A DNA stretch of 48,844 nucleotides from Acholeplasmataceae bacterium (GCA_034007485.1 JAVEQT010000004.1:1-48844); one strand, 5' to 3'; positions 9,324 to 19,375 are shown, counted from the stretch's first letter. Notes: generated by a model from the letters alone, not told the origin. A program made the numbers and translations.

Positions 9324-10755
9324 GGATCTTTGTCTCCTTAATAAGTATCGGTGTATCTTTTTGATAATAGTTAATGTGCGATAGAGGTTGATTGGTTTCT
9401 CGAGCAATGATTTTTATCACTTGACCTTCACAATAACCGCCTTGACATAGACCGCTTCCCGCGCGCGCGCGTTTCTTTATTCCTTTAACAGTATCATTTC
9501 CTACAGGACCATGTATAGCATCGATAATTTCTTGCTCAGTGATTTTTTCACATTTGCACACTAAATTTCCATACTTTGGTTTTTCTTGGATCAGCTTAAT
9601 CTTCATGTCATCACTTAATTTATGGAACACGATAGGTTTTTCTCTCATAGGATCAAAGTTCTTTTTTAAAGGTGCATTGATACGAATGATGTCTTCAATT
9701 AAATATTTTGCGATAGCTGGGGCTGCTGTTAATCCTGGAGAATCGATACCAGCAACATGGTAAAAACCTTTATTTATTTTTGATTCTTGAATATAGAAAT
9801 CATCATAAGTTGAAGAAGCTCTTATACCAGCAAAAGTGCGAATGATCATATGGTATGGTATCTGATTGGATAAGGAAAGTAGGTCATGTCTAATTTTCTT
9901 CATGCCTATTAAAGTGGTAGAAGCTTCATCTTTTTCATCAATATTTTCTGATGTAGGACCAAGCAAAACATTCCCGTGGACCTGAGGAACAATTAAAACT
10001 CCTTTTCCTGCTTTCGATGGGATTGGATAGATGACATGTTTAAATAAATCTTTTGCTTTGCGATCCAATACAAAATATTCTCCACGGCGTGGTGTAATTT
10101 TTAAAGGAAAATCATCTTCAATCATTGATGCAATATGATCGCTTGAAACACCACTTGCATTAATGATATTTCGTGTATTGATAGGTTCACCATTTTCTAA
10201 ATATATACGATAAGTTCCATTGATTTTATCAATCGAAACAACATGACTATTACGTTTAAATTCAGCACCATTTTTAATCGCGTTACTTACTGCAGAAATC
10301 GCAACTTCCCAAGGGTATGTGACTTTTGTAGAGGGTAGAGATAACGCTTTTGTTATGGAAGAACTTAAGAGAGGTTCAGCTTCTAATATCTCTTTTTGCG
10401 ATATAAAATGGATGCTTTGAACACCATTATTAACGGCTCTTTTATAAAGCTCTTCGAGTGCCTTTTCTTCCTCTTCATCGTGTGCAACAACAAAAGCACC
10501 CGTTCGAAGAAGAGGAATATTCAATTCCTTTTCAAGCTCGTCATAAAGCCGATTTCCAGCAACACACAATCTTGCTTTTAGTGTGTTCTCCTTCGGGTCG
10601 TGTCCTGAATGGATGATTGCGCTATTCGCTGTTGTTTGATGACTCGCAATATCATTCTCTTTGTCTAAAATCAAAACAGAAACTTCGTATTTTGAAAGTT
10701 CCCTTGCAATCAGTGATCCGATAATTCCAGATCCTATAATGACATAATCGTACAT
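9310..10755 (-). CDS. FAD-dependent glycerol-3-phosphate dehydrogenase/oxidase with C-terminal BFD-like [2Fe-2S] domain
   Basis: IIGSGIIG, NSAIIHSGHD, GIDSPGLTAAPAIA, CKCE...GLCQGGYC; glp operon context. Confidence 0.88.
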   Translation of the reverse strand: MYDYVIIGSGIIGSLIARELSKYEVSVLILDKENDIASHQTTANSAIIHSGHDPKENTLKARLCVAGNRLYDELEKELNIPLLRTGAFVVAHDEEEEKALEELYKRAVNNGVQSIHFISQKEILEAEPLLSSSITKALSLPSTKVTYPWEVAISAVSNAIKNGAEFKRNSHVVSIDKINGTYRIYLENGEPINTRNIINASGVSSDHIASMIEDDFPLKITPRRGEYFVLDRKAKDLFKHVIYPIPSKAGKGVLIVPQVHGNVLLGPTSENIDEKDEASTTLIGMKKIRHDLLSLSNQIPYHMIIRTFAGIRASSTYDDFYIQESKINKGFYHVAGIDSPGLTAAPAIAKYLIEDIIRINAPLKKNFDPMREKPIVFHKLSDDMKIKLIQEKPKYGNLVCKCEKITEQEIIDAIHGPVGNDTVKGIKKRARAGSGLCQGGYCEGQVIKIIARETNQPLSHINYYQKDTPILIKETKIHDKN

Positions 10756-10772
10756 AAGTCCTCCTATAAATT

Positions 10773-10817
10773 AAAAAGAGAAAAAACATGAATCGTATGT
10801 TTTTTCTCTTAGCTCTT
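10773..10817 (-). promoter_or_regulatory. Terminator/attenuator between glpP and the glp catabolic genes (probable GlpP target)
   Basis: 14-bp stem AAGAGAAAAAACAT / ATGTTTTTTCTCTT; on the - strand its 5' arm is overlapped by AAGAGCTAAGAG. Confidence 0.7.
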
Positions 10818-10835
10818 TTTTTTGATTAACATGAC

Positions 10836-11375
10836 TTACCAGAATTTAGGATTACTGGTTGTTACTGCAATTGCTCCAGCTGATAGACATGCTTTAATTT
10901 GCTCTTTTGATCGAATTAAACCACCCATCATAATTTCACAGTTGATCCTTGATTTGATTTCAGATATGATGTCTATGCAAAGTGCTGGAAGTACTTCTAG
11001 ATAATCAGGGTTTGTTTTTGCTGCAACGTCTAAACTTTGTTCTAATGATATGGAATCCTTTAAGAAAAATCTGAGAATACCAATCACTTTTCGTTTTTTG
11101 CATATATCAATGACTTTCGGTTTACTCGAAATGATACCATCAACTTTAAGTGATTGAATTAAGTAGATTGCACCGTACTCATCTGAATTTAAACCTTTGA
11201 TAAGTTCGGAGTGTATAAGTACTTTTTTATGATGGTTTTTCATTTCCAAAACGAGTTCTGGTAATTGTGCAAGCTGGAAGTTCATGAGGATACCATATGT
11301 TAAGTGACTTTGTAGAAATGCTTTGAGTTCTTGGTGATTACTGATTGCAGGTATAACCTTTTGTTCATGAAGCAT
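10836..11375 (-). CDS. glpP: Glycerol-3-phosphate responsive antiterminator
   Basis: VIPAI, HSELIKGL, DGIISSK, PDYLEVLP, GGLIRS, AGAIAVTTSN..W. Confidence 0.95.
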   Translation of the reverse strand: MLHEQKVIPAISNHQELKAFLQSHLTYGILMNFQLAQLPELVLEMKNHHKKVLIHSELIKGLNSDEYGAIYLIQSLKVDGIISSKPKVIDICKKRKVIGILRFFLKDSISLEQSLDVAAKTNPDYLEVLPALCIDIISEIKSRINCEIMMGGLIRSKEQIKACLSAGAIAVTTSNPKFW

Positions 11376-11407
11376 GCTGTGGTTTCCTCCTTAATAAAAT
11401 AAATAGC

Positions 11408-11457
11408 AAAATCAAAAATGCTCTCTGCATTTTTATGACTTCGCTCTTGATCTCTAT
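11408..11457 (-). promoter_or_regulatory. Leader hairpin upstream of glpP (possible autoregulatory attenuator)
   Basis: On the - strand TAGAGATCAAGAG followed by AAAAATGC-AGAGA-GCATTTTT and a T-rich tail. Confidence 0.5.
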
Positions 11458-11535
11458 AGCTTCTTAAATTCTAATTTGATTATATACGAGAAATGACTTT
11501 TAGTCAAGGTAAACTGCAAAACCCATGTTTTTACA

Positions 11536-12540
11536 TTATGATGCTTTCATATCGACGACATCAAGTTCTTTTAGATAAATGTCTAAAGCATAGGTAATCG
11601 ATTCATGAATAGCTGCAACAATATCATCTTCAGGCAATTTTAAATCATCAGATAAAGAAGGATCTATATACGTATGTGCTGCCATAAGATGGATAAAAAA
11701 TTTCGGGTTTAAACCAGGCTCAACACCTTTTTTATCATAAGACTTTTGCATCGACTTGATGCCAAGTTGAGCTAGCCAGTTAGGAACTGTAATCACTTTT
11801 TTTCTCATGTTCATCGCATCAAGGACATGCTTGATCATTTTTTTCCAAGTCATATTGATATAAGATATAGGATATGCTGTTTTATTCTTTCCATATAAAA
11901 TGGCGTGATAGATTGCAACGCCTATCTGTTTGACTGTAACCATCGATGTTCCACCTTTTGGGAAAAAGATGACAGAGGGCTTATAGAAGCGCTCAATAAA
12001 AATTGACCAAACAGGTTTTCTTCCCTTTTGAATACCAAAAATATAGGGAAGCTCTAAGACGATTACTTGGAACGACTCATCAGCAAAAGAGAAAGCTGTT
12101 TCTTCTTGAATCAAGCGACTTTTGATGTAAGGGTGATGCATATCTAATTTTAAATGTGTCCAAATTTTAGCAAAATATGCGAAATAACTTCCCAAAACAA
12201 CAGCTTTTTTAACACCCATTTTTTTAGCAGAAGTGAGCATTCGCTTTAACGGGATAACGTTGTACGCCATATAAGCATTCATCACAGGAGGTTTAAATTC
12301 GATTCTCTCATCTACGCCAGCAGCAAAAACAAAGGCATCCATACCCATCATCAGTTGATCAATTTCATCATCTTCTAAAAGATTGAAGTCAACAAAATGA
12401 AGATGCATATCTTTTGGTAGTTCAAGATTTTTTTGATTAATCGGTAGCGATAATGCATGCACTTCATGATGGTTTTCAATCATAATTTTTGCAGCTTCAG
12501 AGCCGAGTAGACCTGTACCACCTGCAATCAGTACTTTCAT
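11536..12540 (-). CDS. NAD-dependent epimerase/dehydratase family protein
   Basis: VLIAGGTGLLG, FAAG, HPYIKSR (YxxxR variant of the SDR motif). Confidence 0.85.
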   Translation of the reverse strand: MKVLIAGGTGLLGSEAAKIMIENHHEVHALSLPINQKNLELPKDMHLHFVDFNLLEDDEIDQLMMGMDAFVFAAGVDERIEFKPPVMNAYMAYNVIPLKRMLTSAKKMGVKKAVVLGSYFAYFAKIWTHLKLDMHHPYIKSRLIQEETAFSFADESFQVIVLELPYIFGIQKGRKPVWSIFIERFYKPSVIFFPKGGTSMVTVKQIGVAIYHAILYGKNKTAYPISYINMTWKKMIKHVLDAMNMRKKVITVPNWLAQLGIKSMQKSYDKKGVEPGLNPKFFIHLMAAHTYIDPSLSDDLKLPEDDIVAAIHESITYALDIYLKELDVVDMKAS

Positions 12541-12551
12541 AGGAACCTCAC

Positions 12552-14498
12552 TTAATCGAAATAATTTGCGCGTAGTATTTTTTTATAGATCTGATACATA
12601 TAACTGTATTTTCTTGTTTGATCATCTGTCATGTAGGGATCCTTGATAGATACGTAGTTTTCACCATCAAAATAACTATAATCCTTATATAAAACAACGC
12701 TTTGATCATTAGAAAACATATCTCTTCCAACATAATATGTAGGATTTCCTGAAAGATTAAATAAAACATTTAGTGTAGGCAAAATGTCAAATGATGTGGT
12801 TAAATCTGTAATGACTTGATGCGAGAGTTCAGATGACCAAATATATAAGTTCCCTTGATGCTTCAAATAGTTTTCTTTAATTCCGCTATAAGTTTCATAA
12901 ACCTCTTGAGGCATGGTGTAGGGATAATGATCTCCTGATAATAAGATGACGGTGTCATCTAATAACCCTCTTTCTTCCAAGTCATCAAAAAGCATGCCAA
13001 TCATTAAGTCGAGTTCAATTTGTGTTGCACGATATAAATTCATCGTTTCATCATCATTTGGATAAAGTTGATTAACTTTATTTATATGCTCTTTAGCAAC
13101 AACATGGTTTAATGTATAAGGTGAATGACCTGAAAAAGTAATAATGAAACTCATGAAGGGTGAAGATGAAGGCATAATCAACTCTGAAGCTTCATCAAAA
13201 AAGCGCGTATCATATTTTCCATCTTCAATCGATAAACCAAGTTCATCTCTTCCGTAAAACTGATCGTATCCATAATTCATATAGATGACATCTCTACGAT
13301 AAAACTCTTTGTAATTCCCATGAAAAGCTTGTGTAACATAACCTTTTTGTTTAAAAAGATGTGCGAGTGAAATCGTATAGCTATTCTCTCTGAAAACAGA
13401 AACTGTTGGTCCATCTTCAATCGATGGAATTAAACCTGTATTAAAAATAAATTCTGTATCACTAGTTGTGCGTTGAAAAACAGGAGTAAAATGATTTTGA
13501 AAATCAAAACCTTCATTTTTCAACCGATACAGATTGGGTGTTAATACAGGGTCAAGTGCGATTTCATCATATGATTCTGCCAAAATAAAGATGAAATTTT
13601 TGTTTTCAAAAATACCTTGATAAGCATGGTTTTCTACTGTTTTCGGATGGCTCATGAAATAATCATCGATAGCGTTTATATTTCTTTTTGTAGAAAATGT
13701 GGGCGTTAATGCATCGATGAAATCTCTTCCCATTAAATGGAAAACACCAAACTTTTGTGCAACATCTTTTCTTGAATAAACAGTCTGATAAAGATAATAA
13801 TCAGAGGTAAACATCGTTTGTCCAGATAAAGGGATACGCATATTTAAACCTAATAAAATGATAATAAGAGAAGTTAACATTGCTAAAATCATTGGTTTAA
13901 TCTTAGCATGCTGCTGCATGCTTTTTTGATGAGTTCTGATGAAAAACCAAAGTGCAGAACTTGCAACCACCACAATCAATGGATGAAGCCAATTAAAGCG
14001 ATACATGCTTTCTCCTGATTCTAGACCCTCACGAAGTGTTAAAGCTTCTTTAAAGCTAAAATAGTCATTAAAAATGCGTAAATAAACATCTTGACCGATG
14101 GTATAGGAAGCAAAAATGAAGATTAAAAAGATTCCTAAAATCAATTTGATCTTTTGAGGTGATAATGTGTATATGATCACGAGCAACAATAAGCTTAATA
14201 TGAGCCCAAACGGATAAGTCATACCTAATTGTGATGCATTTTTAAGCATAAATAAAAGCTCCATGACAACCAGTGAACCTAAAAGAAGCGATAAATCCTT
14301 TCTTTCTTTAAAGAAAGATATAATTTGGTTGCGATAAAGAGCAAAAAGTGTTGAAATAATGCCAATAGCTTCTATAAATAAAACCCATTGTGCAAAATAA
14401 TTCCAAACATTATCATAAGTATTTAAAATGAGTCGAAAAACATAAATGAGAATTAATAAAACGACACTTCCCGTGATGCCAAGTACTTTCTTATGCAT
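12552..14498 (-). CDS. LTA synthase family (alkaline phosphatase/sulfatase superfamily) membrane protein
   Basis: N-terminal multi-TM region, then NFIFILAES, TPNL, TSDTEF (catalytic Thr), FHGN..FYRR, SGHSPY, GDHYPY; RBS GGGAG before the ATG at 14498. Confidence 0.88.
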   Translation of the reverse strand: MHKKVLGITGSVVLLILIYVFRLILNTYDNVWNYFAQWVLFIEAIGIISTLFALYRNQIISFFKERKDLSLLLGSLVVMELLFMLKNASQLGMTYPFGLILSLLLLVIIYTLSPQKIKLILGIFLIFIFASYTIGQDVYLRIFNDYFSFKEALTLREGLESGESMYRFNWLHPLIVVVASSALWFFIRTHQKSMQQHAKIKPMILAMLTSLIIILLGLNMRIPLSGQTMFTSDYYLYQTVYSRKDVAQKFGVFHLMGRDFIDALTPTFSTKRNINAIDDYFMSHPKTVENHAYQGIFENKNFIFILAESYDEIALDPVLTPNLYRLKNEGFDFQNHFTPVFQRTTSDTEFIFNTGLIPSIEDGPTVSVFRENSYTISLAHLFKQKGYVTQAFHGNYKEFYRRDVIYMNYGYDQFYGRDELGLSIEDGKYDTRFFDEASELIMPSSSPFMSFIITFSGHSPYTLNHVVAKEHINKVNQLYPNDDETMNLYRATQIELDLMIGMLFDDLEERGLLDDTVILLSGDHYPYTMPQEVYETYSGIKENYLKHQGNLYIWSSELSHQVITDLTTSFDILPTLNVLFNLSGNPTYYVGRDMFSNDQSVVLYKDYSYFDGENYVSIKDPYMTDDQTRKYSYMYQIYKKILRANYFD

Positions 14499-14538
14499 AA
14501 CATTCTCCCATATTTTAAAGTCATTTTCATTATACAAC

Positions 14539-14566
14539 AAAAAGACTAGTGGATGACTAGTCTTTT
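14539..14566. terminator. Intrinsic terminator after the yolD-like gene
   Basis: AAAAAGACTAGT-GGATG-ACTAGTCTTTT. Confidence 0.75.
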
Positions 14567-14891
14567 ATAAGTTAATATCTATAATGTTATACGCCTTGAT
14601 GCGTTCTAAAGGTGTTAAAATAATGAGTTGATTCACGCGATCAATCTTTTTAATTTTACCCCATGTTGTCCTGATAAAGCCATCTTCATAGTATGAAATG
14701 GAAATCTCTAAATCTTGATGAAGTGCTAACACTAATTTTTGATTCATCTCATCGTATTGATCATCACTTAATTGTGGTTTTTCAATACGGTTTAAGCGAA
14801 GCTTCAATTCGCGTATCATCGCACCATAACCCACAAGTGCATCAAATGGTGCCCACTTAATAATGCCGCGATCGTGATATGTACTAGGCAT
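14565..14891 (-). CDS. YolD-like protein
   Basis: DRGIIKWAPFDAL, KPQLSDDQ..E, YYEDG; coupled to the upstream Y-family polymerase. Confidence 0.88.
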   Translation of the reverse strand: MPSTYHDRGIIKWAPFDALVGYGAMIRELKLRLNRIEKPQLSDDQYDEMNQKLVLALHQDLEISISYYEDGFIRTTWGKIKKIDRVNQLIILTPLERIKAYNIIDINL

Positions 14892-16149
14892 GGTGGCCAC
14901 CAATCATGCTATTTCGTGCTTTAATCGTTGAAGACTCATATTCACTTGATGCACGATTAACACTGTTTTTACCAAATTTGAACTTAATGTCATCCATCGC
15001 TTGATGAAGATGGTGTTCTTTGATCAGCTGTTCGACATCCTCAAACAGTGAAAACTGATAAGCGTGCTGTTCAACGAGGTTTCCAACACTGACATGAACA
15101 CGCCGAATAGGTTCATCCTCATAATGTGTTCTAAAGATGCGAAGACATGTTTCATAAACAACAGAGGCATTGGATGTGGGTTGATCCAGTGTGATCTGTC
15201 TACTAAAACCACCACCAACCTCTTTGCTGTATGCAATACCAAAATGGATGGTGCGTGCGACTTTTTTATGTAAACGAAGACGCCTTGTAACATCATCAAC
15301 CATCTCTAAGATGATTTGAAAGACATCAGGTGGGTAATAGTCATGAAAAAGTGTTTGACCAGAACCGTAGCTTTTACTGATGGAACGGATGTTTCTTTTT
15401 TCTTGAATTAAGCTCATATCGATGCCGTTTGTGTGGTAGTAAAGCTCTTCGCCAAGAATACCAAAGATACGCTTTAATGTTTCTGGTGGATAGTGTGCAA
15501 TATCACCGATTTTACTTAAACCGAGTCGATTTAAATGGCGTTCCATGTTATGCCCAATACCCCACATTTCTGATAAAGGAGTTACTGGCCAAAGTTTTGT
15601 AGGAATATCATCGTAGGTCCACTTAGCGATAAAATCAGGGGCTTTTTTAGATTCGATATCAAGTGCAAGTTTTGCCATCAGCATATTTTGTCCAATACCA
15701 CAGGTTGCGTAAAGCTTGGTTTCCTCATAAATGGTGTTTAATATCATTTTTGCCATGTCAATATCTGTCATATGATAGTAGTTGAGATATTCTGTGATAT
15801 CGAGAAATGCTTCATCGATGGAATAAACATAAAGATCGTCTTCAGAAATAAAACGCAAGTAGATTTCAATAATCTTTGTTGAATACTCTAAGTAGGTCTC
15901 CATGCGTGGTTTTTGAAAAATAATGGGTAAATCAGGAGGAATTTCATGGATGCGGCAACGGCTGGGAACACCCAGTGTTTTTAAATAAGGAGAAACAGCA
16001 AGAACGATCGAACCGTTGCCACGTGATTTATCAGCGACGACAAGAGGGGTCTTAAAAGGATCCAAGCCTAAAATAGCGCATTCAACAGATGCGTAGAAAC
16101 TTTTTAAATCGATACATAAAATGTGACGATAAAGTTTGTATTCATCCAT
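14884..16149 (-). CDS. Y-family translesion DNA polymerase (UmuC/UvrX/YqjW-like)
   Basis: CIDLKSFYASVEC, YSIDEAFLD, WGIG, C-terminal IGGHHA. Confidence 0.93.
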   Translation of the reverse strand: MDEYKLYRHILCIDLKSFYASVECAILGLDPFKTPLVVADKSRGNGSIVLAVSPYLKTLGVPSRCRIHEIPPDLPIIFQKPRMETYLEYSTKIIEIYLRFISEDDLYVYSIDEAFLDITEYLNYYHMTDIDMAKMILNTIYEETKLYATCGIGQNMLMAKLALDIESKKAPDFIAKWTYDDIPTKLWPVTPLSEMWGIGHNMERHLNRLGLSKIGDIAHYPPETLKRIFGILGEELYYHTNGIDMSLIQEKRNIRSISKSYGSGQTLFHDYYPPDVFQIILEMVDDVTRRLRLHKKVARTIHFGIAYSKEVGGGFSRQITLDQPTSNASVVYETCLRIFRTHYEDEPIRRVHVSVGNLVEQHAYQFSLFEDVEQLIKEHHLHQAMDDIKFKFGKNSVNRASSEYESSTIKARNSMIGGHHA

Positions 16150-16337
16150 GGTAGGACCTCCTTTGTGTCATCATTATATCAATAAAATTAGAAAAGAAAA
16201 GAGGGGTGAGGACAGTTTTTTAATGAAAGTGTTCTCTGAAAAAAGTTACATTTATACCCATTCTAAACGTAAGCGTTTTAGGTGAAAAAAGAGGTTAAAA
16301 AGATGTATAAAACTGTTTAAAACTCTTACATAAAAAA

Positions 16338-16359
16338 AACATGCGCGTGTGCGCATGTT
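16338..16359 (-). terminator. Intrinsic terminator after the cyclophilin gene
   Basis: AACATGCGC-GTGT-GCGCATGTT with an upstream A-run (U-tract on the - strand). Confidence 0.7.
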
Positions 16360-16885
16360 ATAGAGTAACAGGACTTGGATAGGATGTATCCTTTAAATCT
16401 ACTGTAACAGACTCGATGGTAACATCCTCATAGGGACGATCGCGTTGATCTCTTTTGACATTCGCAATCGCATCAACAACTTCAAGGCCAGATAACACAC
16501 CACCGAAAGCTGCGTATTGACCATCGAGATGTGGCGCATTTTGATGCATGATGAAAAACTGTGATGTCTGTGAGTTAGGGTCACTGGTTCGTGCCATTGA
16601 GATGATCCCACGTGTATGACGTAGATTGTTTTCGAATCCGTTTGAAGAAAATTCTCCTTTGATTGGACGAAGTTCTTCACTTCCCCAACCACCTTGAATC
16701 ATAAATCCTGGAATCACACGATGGAAGAGTAAACCATTATAAAACCCTTTGCTGACAAGGTGAATGAAATTATTCACAGTATTAGGGGCAACCTCAGGGA
16801 AAAGTTCAATTTCGATGGTCCCAAAATCTTTAATGGTCATTGTAACTCTGGGGTGTTCTTGTGAGAGATAAGATTGATAGTTCAT
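16358..16885 (-). CDS. Cyclophilin-type peptidyl-prolyl cis-trans isomerase
   Basis: APNTVNNF, FHRVIPGFMIQGG, ISMAR, SQFFI, HLDGQYAAFG. Confidence 0.96.
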   Translation of the reverse strand: MNYQSYLSQEHPRVTMTIKDFGTIEIELFPEVAPNTVNNFIHLVSKGFYNGLLFHRVIPGFMIQGGWGSEELRPIKGEFSSNGFENNLRHTRGIISMARTSDPNSQTSQFFIMHQNAPHLDGQYAAFGGVLSGLEVVDAIANVKRDQRDRPYEDVTIESVTVDLKDTSYPSPVTL

Positions 16886-17823
16886 TGAATAATAGCTCCT
16901 TTCTTTTTTGACGCTTCTACAATTTTTTGGTGATATCTTCTAAAACTGACAGTTCCATAGACACCAATGATAATCATGGCGCTGCCAATATAATGATAAT
17001 ACGCTAATTTTTCTTGTAATAAAAGAGCTCCGGCAATAATTGCTACAATGGTTGATAAATTGGAATAGATGGAAGTGATATGTGCCGGTGCTTGACTTAA
17101 TGCAAAATTGACGAGGAAAAAACCACCGATTGATGCCACAATTCCTAAATAAAGGATAGGAAGAACGAGTTCGATATGATAAAGGTTAGTGATGTAGTCG
17201 GTTATTCTTTGTTCGCTGATAAGTTTGACAAGGTAAAAGACGTTAAAAACGACTGCGCCATATAACATCATAAAATAGGTGATTTCATAAGGTTTTAAGT
17301 GTTTAGAGGCACTTCGTGAAGCAATATTGAAGAAAGCTGCTGATAAAACTGCAGCTAATAAGAGTAGATAACCTATAGCTTCAAATGCGATACCATCTTG
17401 AACTTTAAATAGTTGAATAAATACAACGCCAAAGACTGAAAGGAAAATAAAGAGGACCTGAACAGCTTTTGGCTTTTCCTTAAGAATGAGTGAAGATAAT
17501 AGCGTGACAAAGATTGGAATCATCGCGATCATTAATCCTGCTTCACCACTGGTTGTTAAGCGAAGGCCATACGTTTCAGTTAAGAAATATAAAATCGGTT
17601 GGAATATAGCAACAAGAAACAAGCTTTTCATATGTTTCTTTTCGAATCGTATCTTAATCACTTTGGTTAAACGTAAGACTTCGAATGCTAAAAAAGCAAT
17701 TAAAAAACGATATGCGATTAAACCAATCGGACTAACATAGTCCATGGCAACTTTTGAAAACATGAACGTAAAACCAAAAATAACGGCATACATCATTCCT
17801 GCAATGTGTACTTTTTTTGACAT
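16882..17823 (-). CDS. DMT/EamA family transporter
   Basis: About 10 TM in two EamA repeats; IFGFTF, RFLIA, LILKEK, LLQEKL. Confidence 0.9.
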   Translation of the reverse strand: MSKKVHIAGMMYAVIFGFTFMFSKVAMDYVSPIGLIAYRFLIAFLAFEVLRLTKVIKIRFEKKHMKSLFLVAIFQPILYFLTETYGLRLTTSGEAGLMIAMIPIFVTLLSSLILKEKPKAVQVLFIFLSVFGVVFIQLFKVQDGIAFEAIGYLLLLAAVLSAAFFNIASRSASKHLKPYEITYFMMLYGAVVFNVFYLVKLISEQRITDYITNLYHIELVLPILYLGIVASIGGFFLVNFALSQAPAHITSIYSNLSTIVAIIAGALLLQEKLAYYHYIGSAMIIIGVYGTVSFRRYHQKIVEASKKKGAIIQ

Positions 17824-17960
17824 AAGGTCCCTCTGTTTCTCGTGGAGTCATGCTGTTTTGATAGCTTCCTATATCATCATAACAGTTTTTTTAATGATTG
17901 TTATAAAAATCATCATTAATAATGATGGCAATATTATTATAAAAAAATAATGATATTTTA

Positions 17961-17990
17961 TTGACAATAGTGTATGACATACAGTATAAT
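17961..17990 (+). promoter_or_regulatory. Sigma-A promoter with embedded PadR operator
   Basis: TTGACA (17961-66), N18, TATAAT (17985-90); inverted repeat ATAgTGTATG-A-CATACAgTAT (17967-17987). Confidence 0.8.
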
Positions 17991-18010
17991 TGAAATCGAG
18001 GAGTGATGAT

Positions 18011-18349
18011 ATGGATCCCAATGTATTAAGTAATTTATCAGTTGAACTCAAAAGAGGGACACAAGTACTCGCAGTATTAAGTCAATTAAAGACGAATCAA
18101 TATGGTTATTCATTGTTACAAGCACTAGAAGAAAAAGGCGTTTTTATTGAACCAGGTACACTCTACCCGTTGATGAGAAGACTCGAAGCACAAGGCTTAT
18201 TAAAAAGTGAATGGGACACGACGGAATCGCGGCCAAGAAAGTATTATTGCTTATCTGACGAAGGTGTAAAAATATACGAAATGCTCATTGAAGAATGGCA
18301 TCGCATCGTCAGTGAAATGAATCGTTTAATCAAGGAGGAAGAACGATGA
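18011..18349 (+). CDS. PadR family transcriptional regulator
   Basis: ELKRG, YGYSL, GTLYPLMRRLE..GLL.SEW, RPRKYY; RBS GAGGAG before the ATG at 18011. Confidence 0.95.
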   Translation: MDPNVLSNLSVELKRGTQVLAVLSQLKTNQYGYSLLQALEEKGVFIEPGTLYPLMRRLEAQGLLKSEWDTTESRPRKYYCLSDEGVKIYEMLIEEWHRIVSEMNRLIKEEER

Positions 18350-19338
18350 AAAAAATAATTGAAAGATACATCTATGCAGTTACAAAACGTTTACCTGAAA
18401 ACATGAGAGAAGAAGTTAAAGAGGAGTTAAACGGAAACATCCACGATATGTTAAGTAAAGATCCAACGGATGAAGAAATCGACAAAGTGTTACATGAACT
18501 CGGTCATCCAAGAGAGCTTGCACGAAATTATCGTGGTCAAGATCGTTATGTGATTTCACCGCTCTTCTATGATGATTACATTCAAGTCTTGAAGATTGTT
18601 GCTATTATATTTGTTGCAGTATCTCTTGTATTTGGTACGTTTGATGCGATCATTCATGTGGAAGCAACTTCAGTGATTGGTGTAATTGCAGAGGTTTTTG
18701 CGAAAATTATTTCCAATTCATTTAGTGCTTTTGTCAATGCATTTGCATGGACAACACTCATCTTCTGGATCATTGATTATGCGGTAAGAAATAAAAAATT
18801 ACCTGAATGGAAACTCAATGACTTACCTGATTTACCATCACCTAAAACAACAAAGATTTCACGTGTTGAAACGCTTCTTGGTTTGGTATTAGGCACAGCC
18901 TTTTCAGCAGTATTTATTATCTTCTTAGTTCGCTATATCGATTTAGTTGGTATCTATGAAAATGGTGTGATCGTTGCACAAGTATTTAATCCTGAAGTTA
19001 CTAATCAGTTCATCGTATTCTTTATCATTAGTGCAGTTCTCGGCTTTAATGTGAGCTTGATGAAATTGAATTTTGGTGAATGGAGAATCAGTTTAGCTAT
19101 CGTTTACACAGCACAAGAACTCATGTCAAGCATTCTATTTATCATTTTCATTCGTATGGAAAATCTCATTTTAAACGAAGCTTTTGTTAAAGTTGGAAGT
19201 TATCTCGATTTAGCAGGTGATGTCGTAAGATCAAACTTTGAAAAAGGTGTCACAGGTCTTACTGTATTCATCATCATTGTTACCATCATCGACTTGATTT
19301 CAACATGGATTAAGACGTTAAAGCATAAAAAAGCGTAA
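18346..19338 (+). CDS. PadR-associated membrane protein with N-terminal HAAS-like helical domain
   Basis: IERYIYAV..RLP...EL...LGHPRELA.NY, followed by TM helices; ATGA coupling to padR. Confidence 0.8.
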   Translation: MKKIIERYIYAVTKRLPENMREEVKEELNGNIHDMLSKDPTDEEIDKVLHELGHPRELARNYRGQDRYVISPLFYDDYIQVLKIVAIIFVAVSLVFGTFDAIIHVEATSVIGVIAEVFAKIISNSFSAFVNAFAWTTLIFWIIDYAVRNKKLPEWKLNDLPDLPSPKTTKISRVETLLGLVLGTAFSAVFIIFLVRYIDLVGIYENGVIVAQVFNPEVTNQFIVFFIISAVLGFNVSLMKLNFGEWRISLAIVYTAQELMSSILFIIFIRMENLILNEAFVKVGSYLDLAGDVVRSNFEKGVTGLTVFIIIVTIIDLISTWIKTLKHKKA

Positions 19339-19343
19339 AAAAA

Positions 19344-19366
19344 AGGTGCTGATGAATTCAGCACCT
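19344..19366. terminator. Terminator between convergent genes
   Basis: AGGTGCTGA-TGAAT-TCAGCACCT. Confidence 0.7.
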
Positions 19367-19375
19367 GATTGCTTT

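Noticed and set aside
9460-9472. (GC)n dinucleotide run in an AT-rich genome
   Set aside because: Encodes the conserved R-A-R-A-G stretch of the BFD-like domain
17911-17927. CATCATT-AAT-AATGATG inverted repeat between the EamA and padR genes
   Set aside because: Short and in very AT-rich, low-complexity sequence; cannot be told from chance
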